Source of the DNA: Patescibacteria group bacterium
GTDB lineage: Bacteria > Patescibacteriota > Patescibacteriia > UBA1558
Direction: 5' to 3'
DNA: 64,000 bases
Assembly: GCA_016784445.1 (NCBI GenBank)
Contig: JADHUR010000003.1
Coordinates: forward strand, 2,590 to 66,589
The position numbers were made by a program, and so were the translations under genes. Shown piece by piece: positions 9,773-17,506 of the stretch (its first letter is position 1; each line of letters begins with the position of its first letter). A model generated the notes under the pieces. The model did no database searches, was not told where the DNA came from, and worked only from the letters and a program-made list of their open reading frames with translations.

Positions 9773-10006
9773 ATGTTTATTGCTATATTTATCTTCATTG
9801 TTGGTTTAGTGTTATTGCTAACTAACTTAGGAGTTCTTGCAACAAGTGTTTGGGATATTGTTTGGCCAGTACTTATAATGGTATTTGCTGTATCTATGTA
9901 CATGCACAAGATGGGTTATTGCAAATGTTGTGGTAAGGGTTCTAAATGTTGTAAGGATGGTGAAGAAAAAGGCCATGGAGATTGCTGTGGTCACGATCAC
10001 AAATAA
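9773..10006 (+). CDS. Small two-TM protein with Cys/His-rich C-terminal tail (putative metal-binding)
   Basis: 77 aa. Two hydrophobic helices, then CKCCGKGSKCCKDGEEKGHGDCCGHDHK (8 Cys and 3 His in 28 residues). Confidence 0.45.
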   Translation: MFIAIFIFIVGLVLLLTNLGVLATSVWDIVWPVLIMVFAVSMYMHKMGYCKCCGKGSKCCKDGEEKGHGDCCGHDHK

Positions 10007-10029
10007 TAGATAATATATTATTATATAAA

Positions 10030-10055
10030 AGAGCTGTATTTACAGCTCTTTTTTA
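10030..10055 (+). terminator. Intrinsic terminator
   Basis: Perfect 9-bp hairpin agagctgta/tacagctct followed by T6. Confidence 0.7.
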
Positions 10056-10070
10056 ATCCACAGGATAGTC

Positions 10071-10105
10071 TTGACGTTTTTTTTCTACGGTTGTAAAGTA
10101 TTATT
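10071..10105 (+). promoter_or_regulatory. Sigma-70-like promoter (TTGACG-17-TAAAGT) driving the downstream non-coding region
   Basis: TTGACG at 10071-10076, a 17-nt spacer, then TAAAGT. No protein gene follows for about 480 nt. Confidence 0.4.
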
Positions 10106-10106
10106 A

Positions 10107-10420
10107 CTGTTCATTTATGGGGAAAGTGGGAGTTTAAGAACAATTAAAAGGAATATTGTGAAGACTTTCATGCTAATTTCCCTAAGAGCAAAAAAAGACG
10201 ATCTTTTAGGATCGTAAGCGGGTGACACAAAGTCATTCAGCAAAAAATGAGGGATACGGCAGGTTATCGAATAGCCTCAACATAACGAGACTTGTAACCA
10301 CGCAGCCCGATTCCCAAATCAGACCCTTGGTATATATTATCGCTTATCGCATTGTTTTCGGCAGATTACGACGTAGAGCAAGATATTATATATCAGGGGT
10401 TTTTCATTTAATAATATAAT
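10107..10420 (+). ncRNA. Candidate structured non-coding RNA of unknown class (GC-enriched island)
   Basis: Local GC is clearly above the genome background, as it is for the rnpB locus, e.g. gcgggtgacac, gggatacggcagg, cgcagcccgattccc. Hairpin gacgatc-ttttag-gatcgt. Bracketed by the promoter at 10071 and two terminator hairpins at 10466-10528. The only ORF here (10222-10419) is low-complexity and Arg-rich, so implausible. Confidence 0.3.
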
Positions 10421-10423
10421 ATT

Positions 10424-10458
10424 TGACAAATATTTTAATACAATATATTATGTATAAA
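10424..10458 (+). promoter_or_regulatory. Sigma-70-like promoter (TTGACA-17-TATTAT) for the M23 peptidase gene
   Basis: Consensus -35 TTGACA, 17-nt spacer, TATTAT, about 125 nt upstream of the start at 10585. Confidence 0.45.
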
Positions 10459-10465
10459 AGTTCAG

Positions 10466-10530
10466 GGTCGCCCATATTGTGGCGATTTTTTCATTTATAT
10501 AATCACAGGGTTTCTGTGATTTTTTTATTA
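10466..10530 (+). terminator. Tandem terminator/attenuator hairpins in the 5' leader of the M23 peptidase gene
   Basis: gggtcgcc-catattgt-ggcgat + T6, then atcacag-ggtttc-ctgtgat + T7 (perfect 7-bp stem). Confidence 0.5.
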
Positions 10531-10584
10531 ACAAAGGGGTTTGTTAAGTCTGCCCTTTAACAACAAAAAAGAAAGGAGCTTGCT

Positions 10585-12906
10585 ATGTTAAGAATCACAG
10601 CAATGCTAGTAATGCTTACAACATTGGTACTTGGTCAGAATTGGCAGCCAGTGTATGAATTATTTAACCCAAGCTATGCGGATCATTTCTATACTATGAA
10701 TTTGTCTGAGGTAGAACAGGCGGTTAATAGTATGGGGTATAGCAATCATGGAGTAAAGTACAAGTGGTCTACCATTGCCTATGGAACAGGTGTACCAATT
10801 TATAGACTATGGCATGATAGTGATCATTTCTATACCACTTCAATTACAGAAAGGAATAATTGTATTAGTAATGGTTATACGGACGAAGGTGTTGTTGGAT
10901 ATTTAAATCCATCCTCGTCTGGTAATTTAGTGCCTTGGCATAGGTATTACCATTCTCAATGGGATGATCATGCTTATCCATCAGATGATGATGATATTCA
11001 AGTCCTGGTTAATGCTGGTTATCAGTCTGAAGGAATTCATGGTTATGCTAGATCTCTAGAACCTGATGAGATTCCCAATGAAGCACCAAATGCAACTTGG
11101 ACCTCGGAAGTGTTTAGTGAGTATTTCTATGAAGAAATTCACTTTACATGGGTAGGTGTGGATGATAATACTGAGCCTGTAGATATTTGGTATCATATTC
11201 AATTAACTGGAAATAGTTCTTTTGATTATTGGACGCCCGACAATTACTTGAATTGTTGGCCTGGAATAGGTAATCATACATTAACTATAACAGCTAGAGA
11301 TTTGGATGGCTTAGAAGATGAAACGCCATTAATTCATAATTTCACAACTGTTGGAAGATCGCCATATGCACCGGTGAATTTATCTACAATAGTAGATAAT
11401 GACTGTATAATCCTTCATTGGGACTCTTTTGATGAAGAAGTGGTTGGTTTTACTATATGGCGAGATTATGACATGGAAATGGCCAATTTACCGCCATCAA
11501 GCAGAGATTATGAGGATGATGGAGTAGAGATAGGTGGAATATACCGTTATGTTGTGGTTGCATATAATCATTATGGATGGACAGATAGTGAACCAATATA
11601 TGTTCAGTTTCAACCTGATATTATTGGTAATGCTATTAGGTTTGACTATCCTGTTGGTTACCCAGATTTTGATGCTAGTTGGTATGATGCACAAAATTAT
11701 GGTTCTGTTCTGGCTGATCCAGTATTATTCCATTCAGGAAATGACTTAAATAAGTTGAGTGGTGATATGGGTGAGATGATACATGCACCAGCAGATGGTA
11801 CCATTGTTTATAAAAACAATGATGCTGCTGGTTGGGGCAGGTGCCTGATAACAAAACATCAGGCTGAATATGGTACATCATTTTCATTTCCTGATGGCAC
11901 TTTTCACGACAAGGTGTATTTTCTATATGCACATTTGGATGAGATAGTTAATTATGAGGATATTGAGATTAATCAAACAATAGTAGAAAGAGGTGAAGTT
12001 ATTGCTACGCTCGGGAATTCTGGTATTACAACTGGACCTCACTTACATATTGAGTGTTGGTCAGATATGCCAGATGGATATCCACTGGGCTATGGATATT
12101 ATACTAATTTACCAGATAATAAGTATGATGTTCTAGAATTTATTTCCACTAATCGTGTCGTTGGTAATTCATATGATTTGTATGTTCATACATATGATGA
12201 TGAATTTGAAGTATTGACAGATTATTGGGAGATAGTACCCGGAGCTCAGGAAATGCAGTATTTGCCACTTGGATATAATAATTATTTATATGTGGCAGAA
12301 ACAATTCAGGATGAGAGTTGTAGATGGACTCTTAATACTCAGCTTATTGGAGAGTATGAATTATCCATATATATTCCTAATCGTCACTATACTGAATCAA
12401 ATGCACATTATGTATTACAGAGAGGAGGCTTTGAAGATTTGGATATATATGTGAACGGCTCTAATTATAGCAATGAATGGGTGAGTATTGGAAATTACTC
12501 TTTCAATAATAGTGAGAGTAATTATTTAATGCTTTATTCAGATAACTCAGAGGCTCCTATTAAAGAAGTATCTGCAGATGCAATCAGATTACATTTCTTA
12601 GGAGATGTAGGGGGTTTTTTATCTGTTGATGAGTCGCAAGACATTCTGATGTCCAATCTATATTGCTATCCCAATCCTTTCAATTCTACTGTTATGATCA
12701 ATTACACATTATCTGTATCAGGAGTTGTAAATCTTTCTGTATACAATATATTAGGTCAAAAGATGGTAACTTTAGTAAATGAATATATTGGTGAAGGAAT
12801 AAGCAGTGTATATTGGCAAGCAGATAATTTATCTAGTGGTATATATTTGGTAGTTTTACGATCTGGTGATTTCAATCAAACCATTAAGGTCAATTATCTT
12901 CGTTAA
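10585..12906 (+). CDS. Secreted M23 (LytM-type) metallopeptidase with T9SS-type C-terminal sorting domain
   Basis: 773 aa. Signal peptide MLRITAMLVMLTTLVLGQ. M23 motifs HSGNDL..(HxxxD), GTIVYKNNDAAGWGRCLITKH, GNSGITTGPHLHIE (HxH). The C-terminal 80 aa YPNPFNSTVMINYTLSVSGVVNLSVYNILGQKMVTLVNEY..SGIYLVVLRSGDFNQTIKVNYLR fit the Por_Secre_tail (T9SS CTD) consensus. Confidence 0.75.
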   Translation: MLRITAMLVMLTTLVLGQNWQPVYELFNPSYADHFYTMNLSEVEQAVNSMGYSNHGVKYKWSTIAYGTGVPIYRLWHDSDHFYTTSITERNNCISNGYTDEGVVGYLNPSSSGNLVPWHRYYHSQWDDHAYPSDDDDIQVLVNAGYQSEGIHGYARSLEPDEIPNEAPNATWTSEVFSEYFYEEIHFTWVGVDDNTEPVDIWYHIQLTGNSSFDYWTPDNYLNCWPGIGNHTLTITARDLDGLEDETPLIHNFTTVGRSPYAPVNLSTIVDNDCIILHWDSFDEEVVGFTIWRDYDMEMANLPPSSRDYEDDGVEIGGIYRYVVVAYNHYGWTDSEPIYVQFQPDIIGNAIRFDYPVGYPDFDASWYDAQNYGSVLADPVLFHSGNDLNKLSGDMGEMIHAPADGTIVYKNNDAAGWGRCLITKHQAEYGTSFSFPDGTFHDKVYFLYAHLDEIVNYEDIEINQTIVERGEVIATLGNSGITTGPHLHIECWSDMPDGYPLGYGYYTNLPDNKYDVLEFISTNRVVGNSYDLYVHTYDDEFEVLTDYWEIVPGAQEMQYLPLGYNNYLYVAETIQDESCRWTLNTQLIGEYELSIYIPNRHYTESNAHYVLQRGGFEDLDIYVNGSNYSNEWVSIGNYSFNNSESNYLMLYSDNSEAPIKEVSADAIRLHFLGDVGGFLSVDESQDILMSNLYCYPNPFNSTVMINYTLSVSGVVNLSVYNILGQKMVTLVNEYIGEGISSVYWQADNLSSGIYLVVLRSGDFNQTIKVNYLR

Positions 12907-12911
12907 ATAAT

Positions 12912-12941
12912 GCCCCCTCTATTAATTTAGAGGGGGTTTTT
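12912..12941 (+). terminator. Intrinsic terminator
   Basis: ccccctcta-ttaattt-agaggggg perfect hairpin followed by T5. Confidence 0.75.
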
Positions 12942-12972
12942 ATATATTTCAATAATTTGCTATAATGCTCCT

Positions 12973-13740
12973 ATGCAAGCAAAGATAATAACAAGCATAG
13001 ACAATGCCAAAGTAAAGCAATTGAAGAAATTGCAGCTTAAAAAGTATCGTAAAGATATGCATATGTTTGTTGTGGAGAATTTAGCTATTATACATGATGC
13101 CTTAAAAGATGGTCATAAATTTGAAGACTTATATATGACAGAGGAGTTTGTAGAAAGTCATATACAGGTATTAGATCAAATATCTAAAAAAGCTGGTATT
13201 AAATCATATTTTCAGATGATAGATAAGATTAATAGAGCTTTTTCAAAATTAGATTCACCATCTGGAATAGCTGCTACATATAGGATGCGAGATATGGAAC
13301 TTCCATTAGATGAGACTTGTATATATTTGAATGGTATTAATGATCCAGGAAATTTAGGTACAATATTTAGATCAGCATTAGCTTTCAATATTAAGAATAT
13401 TATTGTAGATAGTAAGACGGTGGATATATATAATGCGAAGGTTATTAATGCAGCTAAGGATTCATTTTTTAAATTAAATATTATTGAAGATACAGAGGGG
13501 GATTGGTTAAAAAATACAGGCTTACCAATATATACTACTAGTTCACATAAGGGTGAGTCTTTGAAAGAGTTTAAATCAGCAGAGAAATATTGCCTGGTTC
13601 TTGGTAGCGAGGCTCATGGTGTGAGTGATGAAATAATGAAACTTGCTACAGAAAAAATAAAAATAGATATTAGTAAAGATATTGAGTCATTGAATGTAGC
13701 ATCGGCTGCTTCAATATTGTTTTATGAGTTAAATAAATAA
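12973..13740 (+). CDS. SpoU/TrmH-family RNA 2'-O-methyltransferase
   Basis: GINDPGNLGTIFRSALAFNI and LVLGSEAHGVS motifs of the SPOUT methyltransferase class. Confidence 0.75.
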   Translation: MQAKIITSIDNAKVKQLKKLQLKKYRKDMHMFVVENLAIIHDALKDGHKFEDLYMTEEFVESHIQVLDQISKKAGIKSYFQMIDKINRAFSKLDSPSGIAATYRMRDMELPLDETCIYLNGINDPGNLGTIFRSALAFNIKNIIVDSKTVDIYNAKVINAAKDSFFKLNIIEDTEGDWLKNTGLPIYTTSSHKGESLKEFKSAEKYCLVLGSEAHGVSDEIMKLATEKIKIDISKDIESLNVASAASILFYELNK

Positions 13741-13757
13741 CTTTAACTATAATCATT

Positions 13758-13781
13758 CAAGCATGTATGTGCTTGTTTTTT
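13758..13781 (+). terminator. Intrinsic terminator
   Basis: caagca-tgtatg-tgcttg hairpin followed by T6. Confidence 0.55.
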
Positions 13782-13786
13782 AATAC

Positions 13787-13815
13787 TTACATAAAACTGA
13801 CTTTTATGTTATAAT
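13787..13815 (+). promoter_or_regulatory. Promoter with extended -10 (TTACAT-17-TGtTATAAT)
   Basis: Perfect TATAAT at 13810-13815 preceded by TG. In the 230-bp AT-rich gap before the PAS protein gene. Confidence 0.4.
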
Positions 13816-13971
13816 TTATCTATTAAAAGGTAATTTCGCACAATTAACCCATGCTGAGAAACAAAAATAAAATAATTATTAAATTTGTGGCAATTTTAAC
13901 TTATATTCATATTGAATTAAGCGAGTTAACTGATTTTTTTATTACTATCCGTAGGTAGTAGTTTTTTATTT

Positions 13972-14625
13972 ATGATAGATAATTTTGAATCAATACAAGA
14001 AGTTTGGCAATATGTGTCTGAGCCTCTCTTATTAATAGATCATGAGGGTAAAGTAATACTTTGGAGTCTTGGTTGTGAGAAAGAGTTGGGATATAAAGCA
14101 TCTGAAGTACTTACTCGTGGTAAGTGGAGATTTATATTCGCTAGTGATGCAGATAGTGCTGTGATTATGAATGAAATGAGCCCTATTTTAGAAAAGACAT
14201 TTAAAACAAATTTAAGAGACAAAGATAGAAAAGAGTTAATTGCAAAGATAAGTATTAAGGCACATAAGTTATTTACAGATAAGCAACACTATTTTCTGGT
14301 ACATATTGAAAATATTTCACATAAAGATGCCATATCTAATGAACTTGGCAAGGCAAGACTTGAGGCTAAACAAAAAAGTTTAGCTATTAAGAAAGCAACA
14401 GATTTATTAAAGGATAAAGAGCGGCTACTTCTAAGAAATATGGCTGAAACAAAGAAACTTTATCAGCAAGTTAAGAAATCTGAATCAGAATTAAAACAGA
14501 AAACAAATGAGCTTGAGGAAAAGATTAAGGAATTAAATCGTTTTAATAGATTAATGATTGGTAGAGAATTAGAAATGGTAGAGCTTAAAAAGCAAATTAA
14601 AGAATTAAAATCTAAGAATAATTAA
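13972..14625 (+). CDS. PAS-like domain plus coiled-coil protein
   Basis: N-terminal 110 aa with a PAS-like pattern (LLLIDHEGKVILWSLGCEKELGYKASEVLTRGKW). C-terminal 100 aa heptad-rich and Lys/Glu-rich (coiled coil). Confidence 0.4.
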   Translation: MIDNFESIQEVWQYVSEPLLLIDHEGKVILWSLGCEKELGYKASEVLTRGKWRFIFASDADSAVIMNEMSPILEKTFKTNLRDKDRKELIAKISIKAHKLFTDKQHYFLVHIENISHKDAISNELGKARLEAKQKSLAIKKATDLLKDKERLLLRNMAETKKLYQQVKKSESELKQKTNELEEKIKELNRFNRLMIGRELEMVELKKQIKELKSKNN

Positions 14626-14636
14626 TATATAAATAT

Positions 14637-15503
14637 ATGAGACGGCTTATTATTTTGTTTACAATAATATTTTCATCATTATTGTGGTGGGGAGTATATA
14701 CAGTAGATAGCAGCAATCAGAAGACTACGGTGAATTTTTTTCAGGATATGCAGAGAGATATTCTTAGGGTAGCTCAAAGCTCATTAGACAATTGGTTTGA
14801 TGAACAATTATTATTATATCCTGAGATGGATTTAAATAATTTGGGTCAAGAATATTATAGTCAGTTTTCAAGTCCTATATCTCCTGTAACATATGGAGAT
14901 ATTTTTGTTTTCAAAGATGGCGTCCCTATTTTTGATAGTTATAGAATATTTACAGAAAAGTATCCTGATCAGACGATTAAGGAGTTTATGGAAATACAGG
15001 CAGAAACTTATGGTGCAGAGCATTATTATCAATTGGTAGATGAACTTACTAAAAACAGTGAAGGTCAGGGTTGGTGGATTTGGGATGCTCAGAGAAGAGG
15101 GATAGAACAGGCAGCATGGTTGCCATTAACTGTTAATGGTGAGACTTTTATGATTTTACTTACAACTCCAGAAGAACTTGTTTATGATGTAGCATCCGTT
15201 TCACAGAATAAGCTATATTATGTATTTATTGCTAGTATTGCTAATATTTTACTAATATTAGTCTTTATTTTCCTTTACTATTGGCAAGAAAGAAAACTTA
15301 TTGATGCACTTGCTGAATCTGGTTCTGAATCTAAATTGAAAGATATTGAACATGAATTAGAAAAAGCTAAGATAGGATTTGAAAATAAGGCCGAAGAATT
15401 GAAGAAAGTTAATGAGGAGTTAGAATCAGCTATGAATTTATTAATAGATAAAGATTATAAGATTAATGAATTGCAGGATAAATTAAAAGATAAATCAGTT
15501 TAA
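14637..15503 (+). CDS. Two-TM sensor-like membrane protein with extracytoplasmic domain and cytoplasmic coiled coil
   Basis: TM1 at residues 5-22, a 170-aa extracytoplasmic domain, TM2 (YYVFIASIANILLILVFIFLYYW), then a coiled-coil tail. No output domain. Confidence 0.35.
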   Translation: MRRLIILFTIIFSSLLWWGVYTVDSSNQKTTVNFFQDMQRDILRVAQSSLDNWFDEQLLLYPEMDLNNLGQEYYSQFSSPISPVTYGDIFVFKDGVPIFDSYRIFTEKYPDQTIKEFMEIQAETYGAEHYYQLVDELTKNSEGQGWWIWDAQRRGIEQAAWLPLTVNGETFMILLTTPEELVYDVASVSQNKLYYVFIASIANILLILVFIFLYYWQERKLIDALAESGSESKLKDIEHELEKAKIGFENKAEELKKVNEELESAMNLLIDKDYKINELQDKLKDKSV

Positions 15504-17107
15504 TGGTAAAAAGGAGGCAAGGTAAAATACAGAATAGATTATTATTATGGTACATTATTGGATCGCTTGTACCTCTAATCTTTTTGAGTATTGCAGTAAT
15601 ATTCTATCTTGCGCCAGTGACTTCTTGGTCAGGTCTTTTAGATCTTATTGAACATACATTATTGATACCATTGCTTGCTAGTTTTATTCTCATATTAACT
15701 CTTGCAATTATTATTCCTAAGGAGATTACAAAACCTATTAGTAAATTGCAGGCAGCTGTAGATAAAATGGTAATGGGAGATAAGAATGTAATTGTAGACA
15801 TAGATAGTAATGATGAATTAGCTGCTTTAGCAGAAGGTTTTAATAGAATGACTAAAGATATTATAAGTGCAAGAGCTGGACTGCAGGCAGATGTAAAAAG
15901 TAGAACATCAGCACTTCTTAAGTCTAATACTGAATTACAGGATTCTAAGACGGCTATGCTTAATATTTTAGAAGATGTCGAAGCAGAAAAATTTAAAGCA
16001 GAAGAGCAAAGGGCTAAAATTGAGGCAATTATTACTAGTATTGCTGATGGCGTTATTGTCGTAGATAAGAATGCAGATATTATTTTAGTAAATGAGCAGG
16101 TTAAAAAACTTTTACAAATAACAGATAAGGTAATAGGTTCAAATATTTGCGATACCATAAAATTATATGGAGATGATGGTGTTCAAATAAAAATGGATAT
16201 TGGTAAATTCTTAGAAAGTAAGAAAAGTTTAGAGGTTTTTGATAGAACATTAGTAGATAAAAATGGTAGTCAGTATTTAGAGATCAATTTAAGTAAATAT
16301 AAGAATATTGGAGATAAGATAGTCGGTGCGATAATTGTTGTTAGGGATATTACACGTAATGTTGAAATAGATAAGATGAAATCTGAATTTGTATCAGTTG
16401 CATCTCATCAATTACGTACACCACTTTCTGCTGTTCGTTGGTTTCTGGAGATGCTACTGGAGGGGGATTTAGGTAAATTAAATGATGAACAGATAGATGT
16501 CCTTAAAGATGCCTTAGAGTCTAATTCAAGGATGATATCACTTGTTAATGATTTACTTAATGTATCTAGACTAGAAAGTGCTAAAATAAAGGTAGAACCT
16601 ATATTATTAAGTCTTAATTCTCTATTAAAAACTACCCTTAAAGAAGCGACTGTTCTTGCTAAGGAAAAGAAGATAAAGATTAATATAGATGGAGTAGAGG
16701 ATATTGCGAAGATAAAATTGGATAAATCATTAATGAGTCAGATTTTACAGAATTTAATATCTAATGCTATTAAATATTCATCAAATGAAAGTGATATAAT
16801 AGTAACTTTGAAAACTATTGGAAATGAAGTTCAGTTTTCGGTAAAAGATAGTGGCTATGGTATTCCCCTTGGTGAACAGTCAAGAATTTTCGAAAAGTTT
16901 TTTAGAGCAGATAATGTTACACGCATGGAGACTGAAGGTACTGGTTTGGGATTATATATTTCCAAAATTGTAATGGAATTATCTGGTGGTAAAATATGGT
17001 TTGAATCAGAAGAGAGGAAAGGTTCAACATTCTATTTCTCTATACCACTTGAAGGTAGTAAACCAAAAGAAGGAAGCAGAAGCTTAGCTCAAGTAACATC
17101 AAAATAA
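15503..17107 (+). CDS. Sensor histidine kinase (2 TM, HAMP, PAS, HisKA, HATPase_c)
   Basis: H-box SHQLRTPLSAVRWFLEML. N, G1 and G2 boxes (NLISNAIKYS, DSGYGIP, GTGLGLYISK). HAMP-like segment after TM2. Confidence 0.8.
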   Translation: MVKRRQGKIQNRLLLWYIIGSLVPLIFLSIAVIFYLAPVTSWSGLLDLIEHTLLIPLLASFILILTLAIIIPKEITKPISKLQAAVDKMVMGDKNVIVDIDSNDELAALAEGFNRMTKDIISARAGLQADVKSRTSALLKSNTELQDSKTAMLNILEDVEAEKFKAEEQRAKIEAIITSIADGVIVVDKNADIILVNEQVKKLLQITDKVIGSNICDTIKLYGDDGVQIKMDIGKFLESKKSLEVFDRTLVDKNGSQYLEINLSKYKNIGDKIVGAIIVVRDITRNVEIDKMKSEFVSVASHQLRTPLSAVRWFLEMLLEGDLGKLNDEQIDVLKDALESNSRMISLVNDLLNVSRLESAKIKVEPILLSLNSLLKTTLKEATVLAKEKKIKINIDGVEDIAKIKLDKSLMSQILQNLISNAIKYSSNESDIIVTLKTIGNEVQFSVKDSGYGIPLGEQSRIFEKFFRADNVTRMETEGTGLGLYISKIVMELSGGKIWFESEERKGSTFYFSIPLEGSKPKEGSRSLAQVTSK

Positions 17108-17122
17108 TTATAATTTAAATAT

Positions 17123-17506
17123 ATGCCAACAAAGAAGAATCAAAAAGTACTTGTCGTGGAGGATGATCATTTCTTAGCGAAGATTTATAAAATTAAATTA
17201 GCTAAGGAAAATATGGATGCCATAGTATGCTCAGATGGGGCAGAGGCTTTAGAATTAATTAAAAAAGAAAAACCAGCTCTGATATTACTAGATATGGTAT
17301 TACCAGGTATGAATGGTTTTGAAATACTTGAACAATTAAGAAAAGATAAAAGTACTAAGAAAACTCCAGTTATTATTTTATCTAATTTAGGTCAAGATGC
17401 AGATATTGCAAAAGGTAAGGAATTGGGGGTAATTGATTACTTTGTTAAAAGTGATATTTCTATTCATGATGTAGTTAAAAAGATTAAAGAAAATTTAAAT
17501 GGATAA
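17123..17506 (+). CDS. Single-domain response regulator (CheY-like receiver only)
   Basis: 127 aa. KVLVVEDD..phospho-acceptor LLDMVLPGMNG..conserved K (ILSNLG). No DNA-binding output domain. Confidence 0.8.
   Translation: MPTKKNQKVLVVEDDHFLAKIYKIKLAKENMDAIVCSDGAEALELIKKEKPALILLDMVLPGMNGFEILEQLRKDKSTKKTPVIILSNLGQDADIAKGKELGVIDYFVKSDISIHDVVKKIKENLNG

Noticed and set aside
10222-10419. 65-aa ORF in the GC-rich intergenic island
   Set aside because: Arg-rich, low-complexity translation (..FGRLRRRARYY..) with no RBS. It lies inside a region better explained as structured RNA or leader.
15604-16158. 184-aa antisense ORF inside the histidine kinase gene, plus similar antisense ORFs at 718-906, 2491-2745, 5072-5356, 6196-6393, 11497-11932, 14040-14222, 18992-19395, 29404-29598, 31217-31450, 35120-35302, 40179-40364, 41181-41677, 44391-44708, 49084-49266, 51832-52014, 52710-52937, 54732-54926, 55697-55942, 59889-60128 and 61829-62188
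   Set aside because: All lie opposite well-supported conserved genes. Translations are low-complexity (Ile/Leu/Ser/Phe-rich), typical of antisense frames in AT-rich DNA.
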